Source: Hyphomicrobiales bacterium
GTDB taxonomy: Bacteria; Pseudomonadota; Alphaproteobacteria; Rhizobiales; TMED25
Direction: 5' to 3'
Length of the DNA: 64,000 nucleotides
Assembly: GCA_038131735.1 (NCBI GenBank)
Contig: JAYPPX010000001.1
Location: 960,594-1,024,593, forward strand
The notes below the pieces were generated by a model, which was not told the origin of the DNA, ran no database searches, and saw only the letters and a list, made by a program, of their open reading frames with translations. The stretch's first letter is position 1. Each line of letters begins with the position of its first letter. Below, piece by piece: positions 9,580-23,620 of the stretch. The position numbers and the translations under genes are program-made.

Positions 9580-10051
9580 GGGCTTTCGAGCTATGGTAAT
9601 AAATTGGCGTCAAAATAAACTTATCGGACCCGGGGGCGGTACCCGGCGCCTCCACCATAAACACATTAAAGGTAAGAGAATGAAAAAAATAAAAGATATT
9701 ATTAAAATCACTATTGGATTAGAAGTGATTGTTATTTTGGCATTCCTAGGTGTTCTTATGCTGCAAGAAATGGAACTAAAAGAAATTTCCATATACACTT
9801 GGCAAGAGAAAATAGAACAAATCAAATAATGTGTTTTTGAAGGGGGCGAAATAGGATCGACGAGAGCGTAAAAGGCTACCTTTTACTCGGTATAGTACCA
9901 CCGTTATCGGGCTAAACTTATAGTTGCAAATGACAACTATGCTCCGGTTGCAGTAGCTGCATAGTCAGCTTGAGCACCGAAACTTAAGCCCTTGTCTCTA
10001 GCAAGCCAAGGCGGGGTGTGGGGGCACCTGGCAACAGAACGCCCCTTTTTT
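9580..10051 (+). ncRNA. ssrA: two-piece (circularly permuted) tmRNA gene: acceptor piece ~9580-9657, spacer 9658-9841, coding piece 9842-~10051
   Basis: UCGGAC-CCGGG-GGCGGUA-CCCGG-CGCCUCC-A-CCA ends at 9657. GGGGGCG at 9842-9848 pairs with CGCCUCC and includes a G3:U pair. GGAUCGACG follows. The tag frame is 9926-9964: GCA AAT GAC AAC TAT GCT CCG GTT GCA GTA GCT GCA TAG = ANDNYAPVAVAA*. A GC hairpin plus T6 closes the gene. The 5' boundary is approximate. Confidence 0.88.
9680..9829 (+). CDS. hypothetical 49-aa hydrophobic peptide encoded inside the tmRNA spacer
   Basis: ATG preceded by AAAGGTAAGAGA. Translation: MKKIKDIIKITIGLEVIVILAFLGVLMLQEMELKEISIYTWQEKIEQIK, with one predicted TM helix. 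There is no evidence beyond the ORF itself. Confidence 0.25.
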   Translation: MKKIKDIIKITIGLEVIVILAFLGVLMLQEMELKEISIYTWQEKIEQIK

Positions 10052-10198
10052 ATCTCCATCAAATCATCACCTCTAAGTTATTCAGGTAATAATCAATCAA
10101 GAGTATTTTATTAATCTTTTCTATGATTAAGAAAAATATATGATTTAAATTTAAGAAATTTTGTTTAATAATTAAAAGAAATTTGATGGGTGTTGTAT

Positions 10199-10702
10199 AT
10201 GAATTCTGATTTGATTGGGTATAACAAATTAATGAATAAAGCGATGATTAACGTTATCATTGATGTGCTATCATTTATCAAAGACAGCAATCATATTCCT
10301 GGAGAACATCATCTTTATATTTCATTCGCTACTAAACATAAAGCTGTGATTATACCAAAACAATTAAAAGAAAAATTTCCAGATAAAATGACCATAGTTT
10401 TACAACATCAATTTCAAGATCTCGAAATAAAAGAAAGCTATTTTTCAGTAACCCTTCATTTTGATAATATACCTGAAAAAATTACAATTCCATATGATGC
10501 AATTACAAGCTTCTTTGATCCATCTGTAAATTTTGGGATTGATTTTCTTGCACAAAGTGACTCAATTACAGATACAAAAATTAAAGATGAGGAAGAGAAC
10601 ATAATTTTAGATAATAGAGATAGATCAGTTAAACAACAAAATATTAAACTTGAAGAGAAAAAATCAGCAGACGTTGTTTCTTTAAGTGAATTTAAAAAAT
10701 AA
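10199..10702 (+). CDS. sspB: alpha-proteobacterial SspB-type ClpXP adaptor
   Basis: PGEHHLYISF...MTIVLQHQF..L......F.V.L.F......I.IPY.AITSFFDPSVNFGIDF matches the SspB-alpha core as I recall it from Caulobacter. The start is ambiguous (10190 or ATG 10199). Confidence 0.8.
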   Translation: MNSDLIGYNKLMNKAMINVIIDVLSFIKDSNHIPGEHHLYISFATKHKAVIIPKQLKEKFPDKMTIVLQHQFQDLEIKESYFSVTLHFDNIPEKITIPYDAITSFFDPSVNFGIDFLAQSDSITDTKIKDEEENIILDNRDRSVKQQNIKLEEKKSADVVSLSEFKK

Positions 10703-10720
10703 CATAAGTTAGAGGAAAAC

Positions 10721-12100
10721 ATGAATAAAAGAATAGAAACAGATACCTTTGGTGAAATTGAAGTTGATAATGATAGATATTGGGGAGCGCAATCACAAAG
10801 GTCCATCCAAAACTTTAAAATTGGCTGGGAAAAGCAACCAAGTTCAATAATAAAAGCTCTGGGTGTAGTAAAAGCTGCAGCTGCAAAAGTAAACATGGAT
10901 TATGGTAAATTAGACAAAAATATAGGTCAAAATATCATAAAAGCAGCTCAGGAAGTGATTGATGGCAAACTGAATGATCACTTTCCACTTGTTGTCTGGC
11001 AAACTGGATCAGGTACTCAATCAAATATGAATGCAAATGAGGTGATATCCAATAGAGCGATCGAAATTATGGGAGGGAAAATTGGATCAAAATCACCTGT
11101 CCACCCAAATGACCATTGTAATATGTCCCAGTCATCAAATGATACATACCCAACAGCTATGCATATTGCATGTGCAACAGAGATAATTGATCAACTACTC
11201 CCCGCACTGAAATCATTCCTAAAAAAATTAGATGAAAAGTCCAAAAAATGGAATGATATTATAAAAATAGGTCGAACACATACACAAGACGCAACACCAC
11301 TTACCTTAGGTCAAGAGTTCTCAGGCTATGCAAAACAAATTGAGTTTGGAATTGAAAGAATTGAGAGCACATTACCAAGACTGATGGAACTTGCACAGGG
11401 TGGCACAGCTGTTGGAACAGGATTGAATGCTCCAAAGGATTTTGGTGAAAAAATAGCAAAAGAAATATCTAAGTTAACAAATAAAAATTTTACTACAGCA
11501 CCAAATAAATTTGAAGCATTATCGGCGCATGATGCGATGATAATGGCCCATGGTGCTATTAATGCTGTGGCTGCATCGCTATTCAAAATAGCTAATGACA
11601 TAAGATTTCTTGGAAGTGGTCCACGAGCTGGACTTGGAGAATTGTCATTACCAGAAAATGAACCAGGTTCATCCATAATGCCTGGAAAAGTAAACCCAAC
11701 ACAATGTGAGTCACTCACGCAGGTTTGTATCCATATTTTTGGAAACAATACCGGAATTTCGATGGCAGGTAGTCAAGGACATTTCCAATTAAATGTATAT
11801 AATCCCATGATGGCATATAACTTTCTCCAATCAGTAAAATTAATGTCGGACGCAGTTAAATCTTTTGAAATTAATTGTTTAGATGGTCTTGAACCTCGTG
11901 AGGAAAATATCAAAGCGAACGTTGACAGGTCTCTTATGTTGGTTACAGCTTTAGCACCGAGCATAGGCTATGACAAAGCCGCAGAACTTGCAAAAAAAGC
12001 GCATAAAAATAACACTACTTTAAAAGAAGAAGCAATGAAATCTGGATATATAGATGAAAAAAGCTTTGACGAATTAGTTGACCCAAGAAAAATGATTTGA
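10721..12100 (+). CDS. fumC: class II fumarate hydratase
   Basis: 459 aa with the signature [15 protein letters not shown]. Confidence 0.95.
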   Translation: MNKRIETDTFGEIEVDNDRYWGAQSQRSIQNFKIGWEKQPSSIIKALGVVKAAAAKVNMDYGKLDKNIGQNIIKAAQEVIDGKLNDHFPLVVWQTGSGTQSNMNANEVISNRAIEIMGGKIGSKSPVHPNDHCNMSQSSNDTYPTAMHIACATEIIDQLLPALKSFLKKLDEKSKKWNDIIKIGRTHTQDATPLTLGQEFSGYAKQIEFGIERIESTLPRLMELAQGGTAVGTGLNAPKDFGEKIAKEISKLTNKNFTTAPNKFEALSAHDAMIMAHGAINAVAASLFKIANDIRFLGSGPRAGLGELSLPENEPGSSIMPGKVNPTQCESLTQVCIHIFGNNTGISMAGSQGHFQLNVYNPMMAYNFLQSVKLMSDAVKSFEINCLDGLEPREENIKANVDRSLMLVTALAPSIGYDKAAELAKKAHKNNTTLKEEAMKSGYIDEKSFDELVDPRKMI

Positions 12101-12104
12101 ATAA

Positions 12105-12314
12105 ATGAAAAAACGGTCAATAAGTATTGCAGGTCATCGGACAAGTATTGCTTTAGAAGATGAATTTTGGATTTTAGTTGAAAAAATATCCGTTGAAATG
12201 GACTTATCTATACCTAAATTACTTGAGTTAATTGAAAACCAAAAGAAAAGTGATAATTTAGCATCTGCAATTAGATTATATGTTTTAGACTATTTGACAA
12301 AAAACAAAAAATAG
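12105..12314 (+). CDS. ribbon-helix-helix domain protein (RHH_4-like)
   Basis: 69 aa. Pattern SI.LEDEFW..L..I......S...L...I......NLASAIRLYVL. Confidence 0.65.
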   Translation: MKKRSISIAGHRTSIALEDEFWILVEKISVEMDLSIPKLLELIENQKKSDNLASAIRLYVLDYLTKNKK

Positions 12315-12373
12315 TTGGGTAATTCAATTTATTTCACTCAATATACCTAACTGTAGTGTAAGTATAATATATT

Positions 12374-14617
12374 ATGAACACTGACTATCTATCCTACCTT
12401 AACGAACAACAGAAAGAAGCAGTCCTTCATACTGAAGGCCCCTTATTAATCCTTGCAGGTGCAGGTACTGGTAAAACAAGTGTCCTAACTTCAAGACTTG
12501 CCCATATTATTCATAACAAACTCGCATTTCCAAATAATATTTTAGCGGTTACTTTTACAAATAAAGCTGCAAAAGAGATGCAATTTAGAATTGGAAATAT
12601 CATCGGTAATGCAGTTGAAGGGATGAATTGGCTTGGTACATTTCATTCCATTGGAACAAAATTACTTAGAATGCACGCAGAATTAGTCAATTTAAAAAGT
12701 GACTTTACAATCTTAGATACCGATGACCAATTAAAAGTTATAAAAGAGGTTATTCGACTTTTAGATATTGATGAGAAACAATTTCCTCCTAGATTATTTC
12801 TATCATTTATTGATCAATGCAAGAATAAAGGACTTTCGCCAGAAAATGTAAAAACTCATATGGATCTAGATTCTATCCATGAAAAAAGTATAGAAGTATA
12901 TAAAAATTATCAACAAAGACTAAAAACACTAAATTCTGCTGATTTCGGCGATTTATTGATGTTACCCCTACATATCCTAAAGGAAAATGAAGCAATACTT
13001 AATAAGTTTCAATCAATCTTCAAATATATCCTGGTCGATGAGTATCAGGATACAAATACAGTCCAGTATCTACTTCTTAGAATCTTATCACAAAAAAATA
13101 AAAATATTGCATGTGTCGGTGATGATGACCAATCAATATACGGTTGGAGAGGAGCTGATGTAAATAATATATTAAACTTTGAAAAAGACTTTGAAGGATC
13201 CAAAATTATTCGCCTTGAAAAAAACTACAGGTCAACGGTAAATATTCTTGGCGCCGCAAGGAGTCTTATTGCAAATAATATTGATAGACTTGGAAAAGAA
13301 TTATCATCAAGCTCAGATGAGGTTGGAGATAAGGTTAGAGTTGTATCTGTCTGGAGTGCAGAAGACGAAGCAATATTTATAACTGACGAGATTGATAGAA
13401 AATTAATATCAAAAACTGATTTAAATCAGATATCAATTCTTGTTAGAGCAAGTTTTCAGATGAGAGAAATTGAGGATAGATTAATACTAAATAGCATCCC
13501 GTATAGAGTAATTGGTGGCCCAAAATTCTATGAAAGACAAGAAATAAGAGATGTAATTGCGTATTTACAGTTATTATTAAATCAAAATCATGATCTTAAA
13601 TTTGAACGTATCTTAAATGTTCCAAAAAGAGGCTTGGGTGAAACCACTATCAGAATGCTAAATGATGCATCTAAGATTTATAACTTATCACTTTTTGATG
13701 TATCAAAAAAACTCATACAAACAGATGAATTAAAACCTCAACAAAGAACTCAACTAAGCAGCTTTATAGCGATGGTTGAAAATTGGAAAAGAAAATTGGA
13801 TGAGTTAGACCACGTTACTCTCACTGAACTAATTTTAGAGGATTCGGGGTATATAGAAATGTGGGAAAAAGATAAAACACCCTCAAGCCTAACTAGAATA
13901 GAAAATATTAAAGAACTTGTTGGACAAATTGCTGAATTTAATTCACTACATGAATTTATTGATCATGTTTCTTTGGTACTTGAAGTTGAAAATGATCAGA
14001 GTACCAGTAAAGTTAGCCTGATGACTTTGCACTCTGCAAAAGGACTCGAATTTGATTGTGTTTTTATGCCAGGACTTGAAGAAGGTATTTTCCCAAATCA
14101 AAGATCATTAGATGAAAAAGGTAATATTGGACTCGAAGAAGAACGAAGACTCGCTCACGTTGGGATGACAAGAGCAAAAAAATATCTGTATCTAATTAAT
14201 TCACAAAACAGAAGAGTTTATGGCAATTGGATGCAATCTATTCCTTCCCGTTTCATTTCTGAGATTTCAAGAGAATTTATTGATGATGATGCAACTCTAA
14301 ATGCAGCTGCTATAAATACTATCAATACCTATGGTAATACTTTTCAGAATATAGCTCCATACGATTATCAAAAGAAAAAGTTATCAGCTATGGAGAGGCT
14401 AAAGGCCGCAGGACATTTCGATAATTCAATAGAAGTATTTGATGATATTTCAGATGACAATAATGAAATTGTGTTTCAAAATCAGCGCGTTTTTCATACT
14501 AAATTTGGTTATGGCATTGTAATTGGTAATGAAAATGACAGGGTTGAAGTTGATTTCGATAAAGCCGGCAAAAAAATTGTTTTATCTTCATATTTAGAGG
14601 TTGTTAAAAATGACTGA
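12374..14617 (+). CDS. uvrD: UvrD/Rep/PcrA-family ATP-dependent DNA helicase
   Basis: SF1 motifs AGAGTGKT, VDEYQDTN, NYRS, TLHSAKGLEF and VGMTRAK. Confidence 0.9.
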   Translation: MNTDYLSYLNEQQKEAVLHTEGPLLILAGAGTGKTSVLTSRLAHIIHNKLAFPNNILAVTFTNKAAKEMQFRIGNIIGNAVEGMNWLGTFHSIGTKLLRMHAELVNLKSDFTILDTDDQLKVIKEVIRLLDIDEKQFPPRLFLSFIDQCKNKGLSPENVKTHMDLDSIHEKSIEVYKNYQQRLKTLNSADFGDLLMLPLHILKENEAILNKFQSIFKYILVDEYQDTNTVQYLLLRILSQKNKNIACVGDDDQSIYGWRGADVNNILNFEKDFEGSKIIRLEKNYRSTVNILGAARSLIANNIDRLGKELSSSSDEVGDKVRVVSVWSAEDEAIFITDEIDRKLISKTDLNQISILVRASFQMREIEDRLILNSIPYRVIGGPKFYERQEIRDVIAYLQLLLNQNHDLKFERILNVPKRGLGETTIRMLNDASKIYNLSLFDVSKKLIQTDELKPQQRTQLSSFIAMVENWKRKLDELDHVTLTELILEDSGYIEMWEKDKTPSSLTRIENIKELVGQIAEFNSLHEFIDHVSLVLEVENDQSTSKVSLMTLHSAKGLEFDCVFMPGLEEGIFPNQRSLDEKGNIGLEEERRLAHVGMTRAKKYLYLINSQNRRVYGNWMQSIPSRFISEISREFIDDDATLNAAAINTINTYGNTFQNIAPYDYQKKKLSAMERLKAAGHFDNSIEVFDDISDDNNEIVFQNQRVFHTKFGYGIVIGNENDRVEVDFDKAGKKIVLSSYLEVVKND

Positions 14618-15467
14618 ATATGTTGAAGCAATTATAAAATCTGATTTATCTATAAATGAATTAGATGATGAATACTTTTTTGACGAAGGTATTACATCAA
14701 TAACACAAGCCAATATAGGAAAAGATCAATTCATTAGTTTTCATTTTGATGCGGAAAATGAAGCTAATATTCTAAAAATTATTCATAGTATATTTGGAAA
14801 ATACGCAGACTTTAGAATAAAACAAATTCCTAAAAAGAATTGGGTGCTTGAGACACAAAAAAACCTCAGGCCAATTATTAGTAAGAACATTATCATACAC
14901 AATGATAATTACCCAAGATCAAAATATGCACATATAGATCTATGTATTAATGAGAGTATGGCTTTTGGCACAGGTCATCATGGAACAACATATGGTTGTA
15001 TTAAGGCCTTATCAGACTTGAAGAAAAAAACAGAAATTAATTACTTCCTAGATATTGGAACTGGAAGCGGGCTTTTATCAATTATTACAAATAAATTATG
15101 GTATTGCAGTGGGATTGCTGTTGATAATGATAAAATAGCAATTGATATTACAAAAAAAAACTTCAGAAAGAACAATGTTAATCCTTCAGTAAAATATAAA
15201 GTCTTAGATATTATAAAGGATGGTTATCACTTAAAAAGCAATAAATATGACCTAATAATTGTTAATATCTTAGCTAATGTTATCAATAAAATACGTTTTG
15301 ATTTAAGAGAATTAATCGATAAGAATGGTACATTGATATTATCTGGAATCACTTATTCGCAGAAGAATTCAATACTAATGCATTTTTTGAGTATTGGTTT
15401 TGTGAAAATAAAAGAATATCAATATGAAGAAGTGGGTTACTCTTACACTAGTTTATTGCAAGAGTAA
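14610..15467 (+). CDS. prmA: ribosomal protein L11 methyltransferase
   Basis: Motifs FGTGHHGTT and DIGTGSGLLSI. The ATG at 14610 overlaps the uvrD stop (ATGACTGA). Confidence 0.8.
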   Translation: MTEYVEAIIKSDLSINELDDEYFFDEGITSITQANIGKDQFISFHFDAENEANILKIIHSIFGKYADFRIKQIPKKNWVLETQKNLRPIISKNIIIHNDNYPRSKYAHIDLCINESMAFGTGHHGTTYGCIKALSDLKKKTEINYFLDIGTGSGLLSIITNKLWYCSGIAVDNDKIAIDITKKNFRKNNVNPSVKYKVLDIIKDGYHLKSNKYDLIIVNILANVINKIRFDLRELIDKNGTLILSGITYSQKNSILMHFLSIGFVKIKEYQYEEVGYSYTSLLQE

Positions 15468-15523
15468 CCATCATAGAAAGTAATTTAATCGTTATTTATA
15501 GATGCAGTAAATTATTTTATAAT

Positions 15524-15565
15524 ATGATTTTAACAATCATAATGATGATTTTAACAATCATAATG
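15524..15565. repeat. perfect 21-bp tandem duplication (ATGATTTTAACAATCATAATG x2)
   Basis: Read directly from the sequence. It lies in the convergent gap between prmA and the 70-aa ORF. Confidence 0.9.
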
Positions 15566-15575
15566 ATGCATATAG

Positions 15576-15788
15576 CTACTTAGTTGTTGCTTTATTAAGT
15601 TTAACTACAATGTCTTGTAGAGATAAACCTCTATATTCAGCTGTATTTACTAATTTTTGAGCAACATAATAATTCGCTTGATATTGCCTTGCTAAAACCC
15701 AACTTTTAAAAAAACCGCTTACTGTTTTGTTTATAGTTGAGAATATTGTTTCAACAGCGTTGACTGAGTTATTTAGAATGTATTCCAT
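15576..15788 (-). CDS. small hypothetical protein (70 aa), paralog of the next gene; possibly DUF1127-like
   Basis: AAAGGAAAA lies upstream of the ATG. The C-terminal half aligns with the neighbour (GFF...A.KL....E.RGLSLQDIVVKLNKA vs GFF...AARDFAKAEGLPVGDILVAINRA). Confidence 0.5.
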   Translation of the reverse strand: MEYILNNSVNAVETIFSTINKTVSGFFKSWVLARQYQANYYVAQKLVNTAEYRGLSLQDIVVKLNKATTK

Positions 15789-15833
15789 TTTATTATTATT
15801 TTCCTTTTTGATAATATTATTTTAATGCACGAG

Positions 15834-16013
15834 TTACTTTAATTTTGAATAAGATGCTCTATTTATAGCAACGAGAATGTCACCTACTGGTAGTCCTTCT
15901 GCCTTGGCGAAGTCACGTGCCGCTTTTAATTGAGCTTGCTTTTTCTTATTAGAATTGAAGTTGATACCAAAAAAACCGTTTGCGAGGTTTATTGAATAAT
16001 TAGTAAACTGCAT
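15834..16013 (-). CDS. small hypothetical protein (59 aa from MQFTNYS), paralog of the previous gene
   Basis: GAAAGGA lies 6 nt upstream of the internal ATG at 16013, so the 74-aa ORF-track start (16058) is probably too long. Confidence 0.5.
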   Translation of the reverse strand: MQFTNYSINLANGFFGINFNSNKKKQAQLKAARDFAKAEGLPVGDILVAINRASYSKLK

Positions 16014-16187
16014 TTTTTTCCTTTCTATATTTTCTATTTTGTTTAGCTTTGTTATCAATATATGCTTATATATAGTTATCTGTGAGTAAGTTAGTAGTAC
16101 AAAAAATTTATATTAGATATGCATTTTTTGCATACATATAGTTAAAATCATTGCATTAAATATATATTAAAAAATCTTAAATAAATT

Positions 16188-21781
<5,594 letters not shown>

Positions 21782-21802
21782 AAAAGTATGTGACCTAAAA
21801 AT

Positions 21803-22597
21803 TTATTTCCAAATTCTCTTTATCCAGCTATCTTTTTCCTCTTTTGGACTCAGTCCTGCGGACTCCAACTGAGTATAGATATATTCATACCATTTACTAT
21901 TTGGATAGTTATAACCTAATATAGCAGCAGAAGATTGAGCTTCGGTATAAATACCAAGTGAAATATATGACTCAGAGTATCTAGCAAGCGCTTCTTCAAT
22001 ATGTGATGTTGTCTGATATTCAGAAACTACATTTTTAAACCGATTAATTGCTGCCGAATGTTGATTTCTTTTTTGATAATATCTTCCAATTTCCATCTCT
22101 GATCCGGCAATATGGTCAATAACCAAATCTCGTTTGAGTCTTGAATCTTTAGCATATTCTGATCCAGAGAATCTATCTATTACTGTATTAAAACTTTGTA
22201 ATGCTAATTTTGCATTAATTTGATCTCTTCCGATATTAGCAATTTGAAGATAATAAGATAATCCAATTAAGTAGTTTGCATAGGCTAGATCCTTACTATT
22301 TGGATACAGCTGCATATATCTAGTGAGTTGATTGATAGCGTAATCAAATTTTTTTGCTTCAAAATATGAATATGATGCCATTAAGAGAGCTTTCTCAGAC
22401 CAATTTGAATATGGGTACTCTCGCTCTACACTTAAAAATTTATCAGCAGCCTCCTCATATTGCTTCTGGTCAAGATATAAAACTGCATCACTATAAATTT
22501 TATCTAGATTTTCCTGTGAATATGGTTCAACCTCAGGGGTGCTTGCACATGAACCCAAAAGTATAATAACAAAAAAAAGATAAAATAAGTTTCTCAT
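21803..22597 (-). CDS. bamD: outer-membrane assembly lipoprotein BamD/YfiO
   Basis: Lipobox LLGSC and TPR-like repeats, located between lpxC and recN. Confidence 0.8.
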   Translation of the reverse strand: MRNLFYLFFVIILLGSCASTPEVEPYSQENLDKIYSDAVLYLDQKQYEEAADKFLSVEREYPYSNWSEKALLMASYSYFEAKKFDYAINQLTRYMQLYPNSKDLAYANYLIGLSYYLQIANIGRDQINAKLALQSFNTVIDRFSGSEYAKDSRLKRDLVIDHIAGSEMEIGRYYQKRNQHSAAINRFKNVVSEYQTTSHIEEALARYSESYISLGIYTEAQSSAAILGYNYPNSKWYEYIYTQLESAGLSPKEEKDSWIKRIWK

Positions 22598-22642
22598 ATT
22601 ATATATAATACAATGTATTATATTATAAATTATAATGAAAAT

Positions 22643-23551
22643 TTAATGATTAACAATCTTCTGCAGATTGTTTGATTGTGAACTCGAGTCCATATTTTCA
22701 TCTAATTCCTCTAATGCCCATGCATATGGATTCTCAAACAAATTTTTCAAAGCAAAATAGTTTAAGTTATGCCCTCCAAATACTGATGTATATTTACCAA
22801 TAATATCATAACCTGCTAATTTAAGATCACCACATATATCCAAAATTTTATGTCTAATAAACTCATTATCGTATATTAAGCCTTCAATATTCATAATAGT
22901 TTTTTCAGTTAAAACAATTGCATTTGATAAATTCACACCTAAACCATAACCTCTTGCATGCAATTTCTCAGCATGTTTCAGAAAACCAAATGTCCTTGCC
23001 TGTGATAGTTCATCGTAGAAAGTCTTTGCATTAATTAACATCTCCATTTTTTGTTTGCCAATGAGAATATGATCAAAATTGATTTCTGCATCAACTACTA
23101 ATGAGTCTGCTGGCTCAAAACAAGCATATGAACGATCTTCAAAAATTTCTATTTTTTCTTTAATTCTAATTATTTTTTTTGGTTTATTTAGAATTTTTTT
23201 ATGTTTGTTTATTGCATCAATAAAAATTCTGCTACTTCCATCGAGTATTGGAACTTCAGGTCCATCAATTTTTATTTCAACATTATCAATCCCTGAACCA
23301 CTTAAGGCAGCAAGCAAATGTTCAACAGTAAGAATTGATGTGCCAAATGAATTAGATAATTCAGTACAATAATGGGTTGATTTAACATTTTCATACGTCG
23401 CATTTATGATAGATTTATTTTCTGAGGAATCTAATCTTCTAAATATTATTCCTGAGTCTTCTTTAGCAGGAACTAATGTTAGATTGCTCACTTTATTAGT
23501 GTGAACACCTTTGCCAGAAAAGCTAATCTCATCAGAAATTGTTGTTTGCAT
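22643..23551 (-). CDS. lpxC: UDP-3-O-acyl-GlcNAc deacetylase
   Basis: Motifs TVEHLLAAL, PILDGSS and FIRHKILDICGDL. Confidence 0.92.
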   Translation of the reverse strand: MQTTISDEISFSGKGVHTNKVSNLTLVPAKEDSGIIFRRLDSSENKSIINATYENVKSTHYCTELSNSFGTSILTVEHLLAALSGSGIDNVEIKIDGPEVPILDGSSRIFIDAINKHKKILNKPKKIIRIKEKIEIFEDRSYACFEPADSLVVDAEINFDHILIGKQKMEMLINAKTFYDELSQARTFGFLKHAEKLHARGYGLGVNLSNAIVLTEKTIMNIEGLIYDNEFIRHKILDICGDLKLAGYDIIGKYTSVFGGHNLNYFALKNLFENPYAWALEELDENMDSSSQSNNLQKIVNH

Positions 23552-23620
23552 TAAAGAACACCCTAGCTAGATAATATTAGGCTTATAACAAATTTAATCT
23601 TTAATATACAGGAAAAATAT

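Noticed and set aside
9593-9829. 78-aa plus-strand ORF and its 71-aa antisense partner (9610-9825).
   Set aside because: The first 29 codons of the plus ORF translate the tmRNA acceptor piece (T-arm and CCA end), so the full-length call is an artefact. Only the internal ATG-9680 ORF is kept, as a low-confidence hypothesis. The antisense ORF has no support.
22603-22623. 21-bp near-perfect palindrome ATATAATACA-A-TGTATTATAT between lpxC and bamD.
   Set aside because: It is almost entirely A/T, with a single C:G pair per arm, in an AT-rich spacer. Chance occurrence is plausible and the hairpin would be very weak. No further support exists.
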